Source: Escherichia phage KKE7M
Sequence record: PQ356295.1
DNA: 64,000 nt
Reading direction: 5' to 3' (one strand)
Part shown: positions 42,701 to 52,454 of the stretch, one piece after another
How the letters are laid out: each line of letters opens with the position of its first letter
Position numbering within the stretch: the first letter of the stretch is position 1
The notes under the pieces: generated by a model
What the model saw: only the letters and a program-made list of their open reading frames with translations
What the model was told of the DNA's origin: nothing
Database searches by the model: none
Translations under genes and position numbers: made by a program

Positions 42701-42865
42701 ATGCAAAACATTTCTATCACTAAAACAAAAAGATCTGTACCTAAACTTACTCACTCTACATATCCTGTTATCATCCGTAAAGGAAAAGAATGGATTAAAG
42801 ATGATCATGGTGGTTATGTAGAAGTGTCAAAGCTGAAAGAAGCAGAAGTTAACTTTGTACGCTAA
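42701..42865 (+). CDS. small protein, 54 aa
   Basis: CTAAGGAGACTACT RBS; not in ORF track. Confidence 0.5.
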   Translation: MQNISITKTKRSVPKLTHSTYPVIIRKGKEWIKDDHGGYVEVSKLKEAEVNFVR

Positions 42866-42875
42866 GGAGTAGACT

Positions 42876-43157
42876 ATGACTGAAGAATTTAAGCAATGGT
42901 TTGATAAAACCTTCCCACCACATATGTGGCCTAACGAAGAAGAACGTCAAGAAGTGATGATCTACACTTGGCTTGCCTGGCGGGATGGTATCCGTAGCAA
43001 AGAAGCACAGGAAGAGGAACCTATTGCCTACATCTTTAAACATCCAGCAGGTAAGTTGTTTTGGGCTTTAACAGATGAAAGTAATAAAGATCAACACGAT
43101 GTTATTCCTGTGTATACCAAGAGCAATGTAAAGGATCAATCAGATGACAAGGTATAG
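42876..43157 (+). CDS. hypothetical protein (93 aa)
   Basis: GCTAAGGAGTAGACT RBS. Confidence 0.6.
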   Translation: MTEEFKQWFDKTFPPHMWPNEEERQEVMIYTWLAWRDGIRSKEAQEEEPIAYIFKHPAGKLFWALTDESNKDQHDVIPVYTKSNVKDQSDDKV

Positions 43158-43626
43158 CATATGGGGTAGAATGGGCGAAGACCATGATTACTATTGCTTG
43201 AAAAGTAATGTTGAACAGGCAGATGTTGATAAAATTATAAAGCACTACCTAAAAACATGGCGTGAAGTGGAGTTTAGAGAGTTCGCTATCCTCCATAGTC
43301 AAGAAGGAGAAAAGGAGATAGACATGAGTACACTAACTAAAGCAGTACAAACGCATAAGGAGTATGAGGAAGCAGTTAAAGATGAAGTGAACCCTACTTC
43401 ACTGACGTTCGAAAACCTCACCCCTTTGTTTTGGTCATATGATGGTAATGAAATTTTTACACATGATACACCAGAGGCTGTTAAAAATTGGGAAGGCTGT
43501 TGTAATTCCTATGAGGTGTTATATGTTGTAGAAGAAGATGATACGTACATTATGTTCCGCATAGATAACGGTTGTGGTGATCAGTGGGATATTGTTCTTT
43601 CTAAACATTTGCAATTGGGTGGTTAA
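43144..43626 (+). CDS. hypothetical protein (160 aa)
   Basis: ORF overlapping upstream gene end. Confidence 0.6.
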   Translation: MTRYSIWGRMGEDHDYYCLKSNVEQADVDKIIKHYLKTWREVEFREFAILHSQEGEKEIDMSTLTKAVQTHKEYEEAVKDEVNPTSLTFENLTPLFWSYDGNEIFTHDTPEAVKNWEGCCNSYEVLYVVEEDDTYIMFRIDNGCGDQWDIVLSKHLQLGG

Positions 43627-43627
43627 A

Positions 43628-43990
43628 ATGCTAAAGTACCTGATGATCACTTGGTTATGTTTACTTTCATTTGCGGGGCATGCAACAGAAGGTTTTAAAC
43701 TTGGTGCTGACGGTACTAAATTCTTTACATATTGGGGTGGGAAAGCCTTATACCAAGAAGAAAAGAATAGCATAGAATGTACGGTTAGTAAGAAGATTAA
43801 ATCAGTAGATCAATATGGGGATGCCTATACTGGTGTAGGTTTTAACTGTGGAAAAGATTTATTTCTATTTGTTAAGAAGTATTTAGATGTTAACCTTGTA
43901 TTGCTTATTGTTATAGATCCTGCTAAGTTTGAAGAGCGTAAAGCATATCGTGCAGATATGTTCCTAGAATATGATGATAAGGAGAAATAA
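43628..43990 (+). CDS. putative secreted protein with signal peptide (about 120 aa)
   Basis: Start trimmed to MLKYLMITWLCLLSFAGHA signal-peptide-like N-terminus. Confidence 0.55.
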   Translation: MLKYLMITWLCLLSFAGHATEGFKLGADGTKFFTYWGGKALYQEEKNSIECTVSKKIKSVDQYGDAYTGVGFNCGKDLFLFVKKYLDVNLVLLIVIDPAKFEERKAYRADMFLEYDDKEK

Positions 43991-44341
43991 ATGCTTGATG
44001 TAACTATTAATGGTGTTAAATATATTCCTTATGTAGAGAAAAGCAATCCTGATGCCCTGGATGTTATGTTTGAGGATTCAGACCTTGGTACTGTCACTGT
44101 ACGGGAATATTTCCGACAACTACTCTCTACGTTATGGAGAGAAGAAGAGTGTTTTAATGGTAAACGTCCATTTGGTAATTCATGCTGGCAATTTGATATG
44201 ATCCGTGCCTTAATTGAGGCAGGGTATATTGAAGGTACAGTTGTGTACGATGAAGATGGATATCCAGAAGAAACTGATTACGACAGTAAAGAAGCTAATA
44301 AATTTATACAGGGCTTGATTGCACAGATGTGTTTGGGTTAA
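43991..44341 (+). CDS. hypothetical protein (116 aa)
   Basis: AAGGAGAAATAA RBS. Confidence 0.6.
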   Translation: MLDVTINGVKYIPYVEKSNPDALDVMFEDSDLGTVTVREYFRQLLSTLWREEECFNGKRPFGNSCWQFDMIRALIEAGYIEGTVVYDEDGYPEETDYDSKEANKFIQGLIAQMCLG

Positions 44342-44342
44342 T

Positions 44343-44729
44343 ATGAAAGTATTAAATTTCTACCATTTAGGTAAAGTAATACCTGAAGGTGCAGTGTACA
44401 TTGGCAGAGCTATGCCTCATATGGGGTTAAAAGCCTCAAAGTTTGCAAATCCTTTTAAGTTAAAGGATGATGAGCCACGAGGATCAACTATACAAAGATA
44501 TAAAGAGTGGTTGTGGGAGCAAATTCGTTGTGGTAAAATCACTCTTGAAGATTTGTTAGAATTAGAAGGGAAAGACTTAGTTTGCTTCTGCTCACCTCAA
44601 CCTTGTCATGGTGATGTGTTGGTAGCAGCGGTTGCTTGGGCTAGAACAGAGTGGGATAAAAGGCATCCTACTTACACAGATGATTATTGGATTTGGGAGG
44701 ATATTTATGAAGACTACACAAGAAATTAA
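44343..44729 (+). CDS. DUF4326-like protein
   Basis: GRAMPHMGLKASKFANPF ... YKEWLWEQI ... LVCFCSPQPCHGDVL pattern. Confidence 0.5.
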   Translation: MKVLNFYHLGKVIPEGAVYIGRAMPHMGLKASKFANPFKLKDDEPRGSTIQRYKEWLWEQIRCGKITLEDLLELEGKDLVCFCSPQPCHGDVLVAAVAWARTEWDKRHPTYTDDYWIWEDIYEDYTRN

Positions 44730-45072
44730 CGTATTTGATCTGTCAGGTTTAGATATGGAAAAAGCAACCCTGTATCATCACGATAAAGATAACATTACGT
44801 ACATCTACATCGGAGCAGATAAATATAACATTCCTGAAAACTCCCTGGCAGTAATGAAGGAAGGGGATATGCCTTTGCAAGAGAAGATGATTGGTTTTTC
44901 CTTTCGTCAAGATGTTAAGATGGATGGTGTTATTGCTGTCTTCCAGGTGGACGAGTTTTATATGGTTACTTTTGTCACACCAAATTTCACCAATATTAAT
45001 GGGGAAGAGGCAGCAAACGATGTTATTGTTTTAACGTTGGGTAATGCCTTAAAAGATTTAGAAAACGTTTAA
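44707..45072 (+). CDS. hypothetical protein (about 121 aa)
   Basis: GGAGGATATTT RBS before internal ATG. Confidence 0.5.
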   Translation: MKTTQEINVFDLSGLDMEKATLYHHDKDNITYIYIGADKYNIPENSLAVMKEGDMPLQEKMIGFSFRQDVKMDGVIAVFQVDEFYMVTFVTPNFTNINGEEAANDVIVLTLGNALKDLENV

Positions 45073-45093
45073 CAAACCAATAAGGAAAATATA

Positions 45094-45609
45094 ATGTTTT
45101 TTGATGCTCAATCTCCACTTGTTGACTCTGTAAGCAGGGCGGTAATATATCCAGACTTTGATGAAAGAGAAATATGGCTTAAGGAACACCACTATGATCC
45201 AGAAAATGTCAACTGGTGCAATCTGGATGTTGGTAAATATCCGCGAGATAAGGGCATCTTGAAATATTATGCTTGCTATACGGTGGATAACATCTATGAA
45301 TATTATGTGTTTCGTAGTTTGATTATCCATCTAAATAAATTGGGTGCTCTAACAGGGGATTCTCAATTCACTCTAGGCCACTATAAACCATTTAAGAAAG
45401 GTGGAGAGCACTTTCCAAGTAATTGGATTATACAAACATTAAAAGATAATTCTCGTGCTAGTGATGTTATCCCGGACAAAAAAGAAAAGTGGACATGGCA
45501 TGAGCAAATGGAGTATATTATACAACATATGCCACAACGTGTATTGTACGATGAAAAGTTGGTCAACCGTTGTGCCGAGTTAATACAAATTGTTAAGGGG
45601 TTTTACTAG
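45094..45609 (+). CDS. hypothetical protein (171 aa)
   Basis: ATAAGGAAAATATA RBS. Confidence 0.6.
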   Translation: MFFDAQSPLVDSVSRAVIYPDFDEREIWLKEHHYDPENVNWCNLDVGKYPRDKGILKYYACYTVDNIYEYYVFRSLIIHLNKLGALTGDSQFTLGHYKPFKKGGEHFPSNWIIQTLKDNSRASDVIPDKKEKWTWHEQMEYIIQHMPQRVLYDEKLVNRCAELIQIVKGFY

Positions 45610-45617
45610 GGGGAAAT

Positions 45618-46094
45618 ATGTCTAAACGTTTTGGTCGTAATCAAAAAAGAAAGTTAAGTGCTCAACTAGCAGCTTTGCAAAAAGAGGTTAACACTTTACA
45701 AAAAAGTGTTTGTGAACTCAAGGAACAAAACCAGCTTGAAAAAGAGTGTATTCAGCTTACACAGGAAGTTATTGGGGAGTATTTCCCTTCATTAGTGCCT
45801 AAGAAGGTGGCTCTTAGGGAAAATCTACCTTTTGCCTTATCCTTGATGCAAACAAGGGATAGATTCCAAACTGAAACTGATGATTTGATGTTTGCAATGC
45901 ATCAATTACGTGGTTTAGAATATACAGCACGAGTGGATAAACTTCGTAACATGTTATATGTGCGGGTAGAAACACCTAAAGGTGAGACAGTAGCATTTAA
46001 TTATAATTTCCAACAGCTACCTGATCACATTATTGAACAAATTTTAAAACGAGATTTTGTTCCTATGCTTGTTAAACAAATTAAGAGAGGTTGA
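45618..46094 (+). CDS. hypothetical protein (158 aa)
   Basis: GGGGGAAAT RBS. Confidence 0.6.
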   Translation: MSKRFGRNQKRKLSAQLAALQKEVNTLQKSVCELKEQNQLEKECIQLTQEVIGEYFPSLVPKKVALRENLPFALSLMQTRDRFQTETDDLMFAMHQLRGLEYTARVDKLRNMLYVRVETPKGETVAFNYNFQQLPDHIIEQILKRDFVPMLVKQIKRG

Positions 46095-46095
46095 A

Positions 46096-47832
46096 ATGGC
46101 TAAGAAAGAGTTGAGTTTTACTCCAACAGAAGAGCAAACAGCTATTAAGGAGGCTTTTCCAGATCATCGGTTTTTAACTATCCAAGCTAAATCTGGATCA
46201 GGAAAAACGTCAACACTTTATTTGCTGGCTAACAGTACAGAAGATCGCATTCTTTACTTAGCTTTCAATAAAAGCATGGCAGAAGAAGCACGGCGTAAGA
46301 TGCCACCAAATGTAGAATGCCGTACATTGCATTCCATTTGCTATCAATTCCTGGATCATCGTTTACGTGCAAAACTGTCACGACCAGAAGGACAGTATGT
46401 TAACGTTGCAGGTACAGGTAGTGAGATAGCAAAGAAATTTAAGATTAATAATCTTATTGATAAACGAGGGAAAACACTTTTAACTCGTGCTATGATTGGT
46501 TTAATGATCAAGCAAACCGTAGGTAAGTTTGAATTTTCGGATGATCCTTTTATCAGCCGTAAACATTTTCCTGGTGTACATCTTGCAGATATTAAAAGAA
46601 AAGGTATTAACGAACACAAACTAATTACAGAAGTAGTTAAGTATGCAAAACAATTGTGGCGAGAGCGCATTGACCCTAACACAGATACTTTGATGACGCA
46701 CGACACCTATGTAAAATTGTTTGAATTGTCTGGTGCTGACCTTGGTTATGACATTATTTTTGGGGATGAATTCCAGGATGTTAACCCTGCATTCTTGTCT
46801 ATTCTGCGGAATGCTAAATCTGCAAAACAAGTAGTGGTGGTGGGAGATGAATATCAGAGCATCTACCAGTTCCGTGGAAGCCAAAATATGATGAAGGAAA
46901 CCTCTACATATGGGGCAGAGCTTCCATTAACTGCTTGCTTCCGTTTTGGCCCCAAAGTGGCAAATATTGCGAATATGATTTTAAGTGATAAAGAACCTTT
47001 GCGTCATCCTTTGGTTGGTAAAGGCTTTGATACTGTAGTAGGTAGCTACAAATCAGATGTTGTAGACTATACAAAACCTTACACTATCATCTTTCGCAAG
47101 AATTTAACCTTGCTTATGGAGGCAATGGATCGTATTGCAGATGGGGAAGAAATTATTATTAACGTAGATACCAGGGATTTTATCTCTATGGTAGATAGTG
47201 TTAATGCTCTTCGGAGAGGAGATATTGAGAAAGTAAAACATGAAACTGTATTACCTTACGCAGACTGGAATGAATTTGTTGAGTGTGCAGAGGCTGATCC
47301 AGATGCTAAACGCTTGTTAAACATTGTAGTTTCTGGTAAGGCAAACACTATAGCACATACACTTAGAACGCATAGAAATTCTCCTACAGCAAAAGTCACA
47401 CTGACTACAGCACATAAGTCTAAAGGTTTGGAGTGGGATCAGGTTATTGTTGCTAATGATTTTCCTTCCAACTATGATAAAAAGACTGGTGAATGGGTAG
47501 GACTAGAAGAGGCAGAGCGAAACCTACTGTATGTAGCGCATACCCGTTGTGTTAAATGCTTACAATGGAACACAACCGTACAGGAGATTATAGATATCAA
47601 CCGTGTTGCAACAGAGAAAGTACCAACAAGCCCTACTTTACCGATCAATGGTATTAAACTTGGTGTATTTGGCGCTGGCACATCTCGAAAAACTGTAGAA
47701 AAATTTGTTGCAGATTCTTTTGATGGTAACTATAATCATGCACAAGCATATGAGAGTTGGCTAGAGGAAGGTGAAGGTGATTTCTTAGGTGAAATAAATC
47801 TTTTACCAGATATAAATAAACTGGTAAACTAA
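46096..47832 (+). CDS. UvrD/Rep-like superfamily 1 DNA helicase
   Basis: TEEQ then Walker A AKSGSGKTST, Walker B IIFGDEFQD, VVVVGDEYQSIYQFRG helicase motif; AAGAGAGG RBS. Confidence 0.8.
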   Translation: MAKKELSFTPTEEQTAIKEAFPDHRFLTIQAKSGSGKTSTLYLLANSTEDRILYLAFNKSMAEEARRKMPPNVECRTLHSICYQFLDHRLRAKLSRPEGQYVNVAGTGSEIAKKFKINNLIDKRGKTLLTRAMIGLMIKQTVGKFEFSDDPFISRKHFPGVHLADIKRKGINEHKLITEVVKYAKQLWRERIDPNTDTLMTHDTYVKLFELSGADLGYDIIFGDEFQDVNPAFLSILRNAKSAKQVVVVGDEYQSIYQFRGSQNMMKETSTYGAELPLTACFRFGPKVANIANMILSDKEPLRHPLVGKGFDTVVGSYKSDVVDYTKPYTIIFRKNLTLLMEAMDRIADGEEIIINVDTRDFISMVDSVNALRRGDIEKVKHETVLPYADWNEFVECAEADPDAKRLLNIVVSGKANTIAHTLRTHRNSPTAKVTLTTAHKSKGLEWDQVIVANDFPSNYDKKTGEWVGLEEAERNLLYVAHTRCVKCLQWNTTVQEIIDINRVATEKVPTSPTLPINGIKLGVFGAGTSRKTVEKFVADSFDGNYNHAQAYESWLEEGEGDFLGEINLLPDINKLVN

Positions 47833-47842
47833 GGGGGTTAAA

Positions 47843-48094
47843 GTGGCAGGGTATCATTTGAAGGAGATTAGCAAAGAGGAATATGGTTCTGTTGCTAAGA
47901 TTCAAGAAGAGCTTTATGAACTTCAAGATGCTATTGATCAAGATTGCAAGCTGATGCAACTTATTGAGTTATCAGATATTGTAGGCGCTGTTGAAGGTGT
48001 TCTTGAACAGCATTTTCCTGAGATGACGCTTCAAGATTTGATCACTATGTCAAACATTACTAAACGTGCATTCCGCAGCGGAGGTCGATCATGA
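47843..48094 (+). CDS. hypothetical protein (83 aa), GTG start
   Basis: AAGGGGGTTAAA then GTG. Confidence 0.5.
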   Translation: MAGYHLKEISKEEYGSVAKIQEELYELQDAIDQDCKLMQLIELSDIVGAVEGVLEQHFPEMTLQDLITMSNITKRAFRSGGRS

Positions 48095-48663
48095 ATGTTG
48101 CAGTAATAGCTCAAGCTATTGCTTACTATGGTCGGTTTGCACAAATGTTGGAAGTTCCATATCTCGTGGATGCTGATATACTGGCGTACACACTACCAGA
48201 AAATAAAGAGGATCGCCCGTTAGGGCATCCTAACGGTAAATACTATGTAGCTAGTGCAGAACAATCTTTCCTGCAAATGGAGAAGGATGGTTTTGAATTT
48301 GCAGCAGGTAATCCATATATGGCACTAACGCCATGTTACCGTACAGAAGAAAATTTAGATGATACCCATTTTAATATTTTCTTGAAATTGGAGTTGATTG
48401 AGTTCTACCCTGATGCTACAATTGAAGAGTATGCTAACGCTATGCGTTGTTTCTTCTCTACTTATTATGGAGTTAAAACATATTTAGTACCCACTAATAT
48501 TGGGGTTGACGTAGAGGATGAATATGGTTTAGAATTAGGTTCATTCGGTATGAGGGAGTCTCCAAAAGGTCATCCTTATATCTATGCAACAGGTATTGCA
48601 GAGCCTAGGGCTTCACTGGCAATAAACCGTGTTGTAAATAACATTCAAAGCATTAGCAAATAA
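48091..48663 (+). CDS. hypothetical protein (190 aa)
   Basis: GGAGGTCGATC RBS; no confident family assignment. Confidence 0.6.
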   Translation: MNVAVIAQAIAYYGRFAQMLEVPYLVDADILAYTLPENKEDRPLGHPNGKYYVASAEQSFLQMEKDGFEFAAGNPYMALTPCYRTEENLDDTHFNIFLKLELIEFYPDATIEEYANAMRCFFSTYYGVKTYLVPTNIGVDVEDEYGLELGSFGMRESPKGHPYIYATGIAEPRASLAINRVVNNIQSISK

Positions 48664-48675
48664 GAGGAGAATAGA

Positions 48676-49110
48676 ATGTCTATTGTGACACAAATGAAAG
48701 CAGATCGTATCTTAGCACGTACAACCGATAAAGGTGCTTTTGCTTTGTTAACTAATATTATTGGTGAGTTTGACCTTGCTCGTACTCAAAAGGCAAATCT
48801 AAACAAATCAGAAGACGATATTATGATTAACATTGTTAAGATTGGTATTGCACACGCTAAAGAGGAACTAGACTCGCTTAAGAAAGTTAATGCCTCCATT
48901 AGCAAATGTGAGCGAGCTATGCGTGATATCACCACTCTGGAAAAATATTTACCAGAAATGCTATCTGAAGATGATCTTCGCGCTATTGCTGAAGAATTTG
49001 CCTTGACAGGCAAGAAAATGCCAGATATGATGAAACACCTTAAAGCAGAGTATCCGAATCAATATGATGGAAAACTTGCTTCTACCATTGCAAAAGAAAT
49101 TTTAAACTAA
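48676..49110 (+). CDS. GatB/YqeY-domain protein
   Basis: Length and pattern (KADRIL ... EKYLPEMLSEDDLRAIAEE ... MMKHLK) match YqeY-like helical domain. Confidence 0.55.
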   Translation: MSIVTQMKADRILARTTDKGAFALLTNIIGEFDLARTQKANLNKSEDDIMINIVKIGIAHAKEELDSLKKVNASISKCERAMRDITTLEKYLPEMLSEDDLRAIAEEFALTGKKMPDMMKHLKAEYPNQYDGKLASTIAKEILN

Positions 49111-49127
49111 TTTAGAAGGAGAACATA

Positions 49128-50078
49128 ATGATTGCATTTTACGCTAATAAACTGGAAGTTAAAAAAGCAGCAGAAGAGATGGGTATCCTGCATATTCTTA
49201 ACGAAGCAATTCACAAAAGTTTTGGTTACACGTCTGAAGCAGAAATCAATGATCTGATTCACAGTGTTAATGACTTGTTCTTCTACCCTAACTTTCTACA
49301 GCAATTAGATGGTTGTGGATTTGAATATATGGAGCTTCATCCTGAATATACATTTATGGAAGTAACACCTGAAAATTTTCTGGAGATTATTCGTACTGAA
49401 TATCTTGCTAAAGAGGATAAAGAAAAAGATATGGCTGAAAAAGTACAACTGACTGTGCATAATACGTGTTTCCTGGATACTGATGCCACGGAAGAAGATA
49501 TTAGTTATCTGCTTTCCGTTTGTAATCCTCGTTGTCCACAACCACATTGGAAAAATGCAGATCATTATCTAATGTATTCAACTGAAGAAAACATTACTTT
49601 CTTCGATGAAAACAGTGGTATTAATGGTGCACATAAGAATTCTCCATATCGGAAAGATCGGTTTGTAGTTGATGTAAAAACATTTACTAAACTGTTTGAG
49701 GAGTATTATTCAAAAGATGAAAGTAAAACTGAATCTTCACCAAAACCACGTTTTCGCCGACCGCGTAAACCTGTGCCTACTCGTTCTGTAAGTTATGTTC
49801 GTATCATTTACACTACACAGCAGGTATATACTCTTAAGAACGTAAGTGTTCTTACTGTACAAGAAGATGCAATTAATATTGTGCGCAATAATGTTATTAC
49901 AGAGGGTATTGAGGAAAAGATTATGTCTGTTATCGATCCTAAACTTGTTATGGCAATCATTATTAATGAACCAAAAGGTGTAACAACATTGTTCCGAAAT
50001 ATTCACGGTACTTGGGAAACTCAAGTTGACGGTTTGACTTCTGACGGTTGTACACGTATTACCAAAAACCTTGACTAA
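49128..50078 (+). CDS. hypothetical protein (316 aa)
   Basis: GAAGGAGAACATA RBS. Confidence 0.6.
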   Translation: MIAFYANKLEVKKAAEEMGILHILNEAIHKSFGYTSEAEINDLIHSVNDLFFYPNFLQQLDGCGFEYMELHPEYTFMEVTPENFLEIIRTEYLAKEDKEKDMAEKVQLTVHNTCFLDTDATEEDISYLLSVCNPRCPQPHWKNADHYLMYSTEENITFFDENSGINGAHKNSPYRKDRFVVDVKTFTKLFEEYYSKDESKTESSPKPRFRRPRKPVPTRSVSYVRIIYTTQQVYTLKNVSVLTVQEDAINIVRNNVITEGIEEKIMSVIDPKLVMAIIINEPKGVTTLFRNIHGTWETQVDGLTSDGCTRITKNLD

Positions 50079-50126
50079 GATCAAGGACAATCTTACGAAA
50101 AAGATTTAAAATAAAGATCCACCCTA

Positions 50127-50155
50127 AAGCCAGCTTAATGCTGGCTTTTATTTTC
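50127..50155 (+). terminator. rho-independent terminator
   Basis: AAGCCAGC-TTAAT-GCTGGCTT hairpin followed by TTATTTT. Confidence 0.65.
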
Positions 50156-50167
50156 CACGGAGGATTA

Positions 50168-51967
50168 ATGACCCAAAAACTATATGAGGATGTAATCGGA
50201 TTCCTCGAACAAACATCCGAAGAATTTACTCGTGAAAATGCAAACAAACCTGCAATGATTGTTAATACTCACCGAGACTTACTAGCAGGTATCCTAAGCA
50301 AGCACATGGCAATGACCCATATTTTACCGGAAGATCTGGCAGAATGGCATAAAAGTGGGTATGGTCACATTCACGATTTAGATTATTTACTCTCACCTCT
50401 AACTAATTGTTGCCTGGTAAATTACCAAGATATGCTTGAGAATGGTTTCCGTATTGGTAATGCACATATTGAAAAACCAAAATCTATTGGTGTAGCAACT
50501 ACTGTTCTAACTCAAATTATTCAAGCAGTAGCTTCTAGCCAATATGGTGGACAAACTTGTGCACATATTGATACTGGGCTTAGTCAATACGTTAAAGCAA
50601 GTTTTAATAAAATATATGCCGATGTTGGCGATTATGATATTGCTATGCGTATGGTAGATAAACAGGTTTACGATGCAATGCAAACTTTAATCTACCAGGT
50701 GAACACCCTAATGAGTGTAAATGGTCAGTCACCTTTTATAACAATTAGTTTAGGTTTGGATACCTCTGCTTTTGGTAGAATGATCACTAAAAACTACCTA
50801 ATGGTGCACAAACAAGGATTAGGAAAAGATAGGGTAACTCCTGTGTTTCCTAAAGTTATCTTCTTCTTAGAAGATGGTGTTAACATGAAAGCTGGCGATC
50901 CAAACTATGATTTGAAGCAACTGGCAATGGAGTGTTGTGCTGAACGCATTTATCCTGATTTTATCTCTGTACCTTTAAACAAAGAAGTTACAGGATCTTC
51001 AGATGGTCGCGTCACAAGCATGGGTTGCCGTAGTTTCTTGTCATACTATGCAACAGAGCAAGGTGAAAAATATGATGGTCGTTTCAACTTAGGCGTAGTT
51101 TCTTTAAACTTACCTATCATTGCAGCGGAGTCCCGTGAAAAGGGCATCTTATTTACTGAACTGTTGGAACAACATATGGAGATGGCGTATAAGGCACATA
51201 TGCTACGTGTTAACCGTATTAGACATACCAAAGCATCTCAAAACCCTACATTGTTTATGGAAGGGGCTTTAGCTCGACTAGAAGCTAATGAAGAGATTGG
51301 TAAACTATTTGAAGGTGGTTATGCCTCTATTAGTATCGGTTATGTAGGTTTAGCAGAAGCTATGGAGATTTTATACCCAAATAACACCAATCCAAAAGCT
51401 ATGGGTAAAAACATCCTTCAATATATGAAGGATATCTGTTGCACATTTAAAGAACGTTCTGGTTTAGCTTTTAGTTTGTATGGCACACCAGCAGAATCCT
51501 TGTGTTATAAATTTGCCAAAGCATTAAATGATCGCTATCCTGGTTCTATTGATCGTGACTACTTGACAAACTCTTTCCATCAACCTGTATGGATGCACAC
51601 TACCCCGTTCCAAAAGTGGGATTATGAGGAAGGTTTTGCACAAATTAGTAATGGTGGGAACATAGGTTATGTAGAAACACCAAACCTTAAAAATAACTTG
51701 CAAGCACTGGAAACTCTTGTAGATTATGCCTACAATAAAATTCCTTATTTTGGCGTGAACCAACCTGTAGATCAGTGTTTCAAATGTGGTTTTCATGGTG
51801 AATTTAAAGCAACGGCTAAAGGCTTCGAGTGTCCAAGTTGCGGTAATCATGAAGAAGAATCCATATCTGTGATCAGAAGAGTGTCAGGATACCTTTCTGC
51901 CCCTAACTCTCGCCCTTATAATAAAGGTAAAATGCAAGAGGTACTAGAAAGGGAGAAACATTTTTGA
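50168..51967 (+). CDS. nrdD: anaerobic ribonucleoside-triphosphate reductase NrdD
   Basis: Length about 600 aa, C-terminal CxxC ... CPSC zinc site and glycyl-radical motif RRVSGYLS; immediately followed by NrdG. Confidence 0.9.
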   Translation: MTQKLYEDVIGFLEQTSEEFTRENANKPAMIVNTHRDLLAGILSKHMAMTHILPEDLAEWHKSGYGHIHDLDYLLSPLTNCCLVNYQDMLENGFRIGNAHIEKPKSIGVATTVLTQIIQAVASSQYGGQTCAHIDTGLSQYVKASFNKIYADVGDYDIAMRMVDKQVYDAMQTLIYQVNTLMSVNGQSPFITISLGLDTSAFGRMITKNYLMVHKQGLGKDRVTPVFPKVIFFLEDGVNMKAGDPNYDLKQLAMECCAERIYPDFISVPLNKEVTGSSDGRVTSMGCRSFLSYYATEQGEKYDGRFNLGVVSLNLPIIAAESREKGILFTELLEQHMEMAYKAHMLRVNRIRHTKASQNPTLFMEGALARLEANEEIGKLFEGGYASISIGYVGLAEAMEILYPNNTNPKAMGKNILQYMKDICCTFKERSGLAFSLYGTPAESLCYKFAKALNDRYPGSIDRDYLTNSFHQPVWMHTTPFQKWDYEEGFAQISNGGNIGYVETPNLKNNLQALETLVDYAYNKIPYFGVNQPVDQCFKCGFHGEFKATAKGFECPSCGNHEEESISVIRRVSGYLSAPNSRPYNKGKMQEVLEREKHF

Positions 51968-52434
51968 ATTACGCCGGATATGAACCTGTTGACATGCTCA
52001 ACGGTGACGGTGTAAGATGCTCTTTGTGGGTGAGCGGTTGTAGCCACGGCTGTCGTGGCTGCTTTAACCAGAAAGCCTGGTCGTATAACTACGGACAAGA
52101 GTTCACTGCTGAAACATTAGATCTTATCTTGGAAGATTTATCTCGACCTTTCATTAAAGGATTAACAGTTTTAGGTGGTGAACCTCTTGACAAAGAGAAC
52201 ATTGATACTGTAGAGTATGTTCTTGAGAAGGTAAGAGATTGTTTTGGAAACAAAAAAGATATTGTCTTATATACAGGATATCTTTTTGAAGAAATTCCAG
52301 ATAAAATTAAAAAACTGGTTGACATAGTGATAGATGGTAAGTATGATATGAATCAACCAACAACGAAACGTTATAGAGGTTCAGATAATCAACGAATGTG
52401 GGTTAAGAAAGACAACATTTGGGAATCTGACTAA
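51964..52434 (+). CDS. nrdG: anaerobic ribonucleotide reductase activating protein NrdG (radical SAM)
   Basis: MNYAGYEPVDMLNGDGVRCSLWVSGCSHGCRGCFN parallels the NrdG N-terminus including the radical-SAM Cys cluster; TTG start overlapping nrdD stop. Confidence 0.85.
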   Translation: MNYAGYEPVDMLNGDGVRCSLWVSGCSHGCRGCFNQKAWSYNYGQEFTAETLDLILEDLSRPFIKGLTVLGGEPLDKENIDTVEYVLEKVRDCFGNKKDIVLYTGYLFEEIPDKIKKLVDIVIDGKYDMNQPTTKRYRGSDNQRMWVKKDNIWESD

Positions 52435-52454
52435 ATTAAATAGAGGAGAAAACT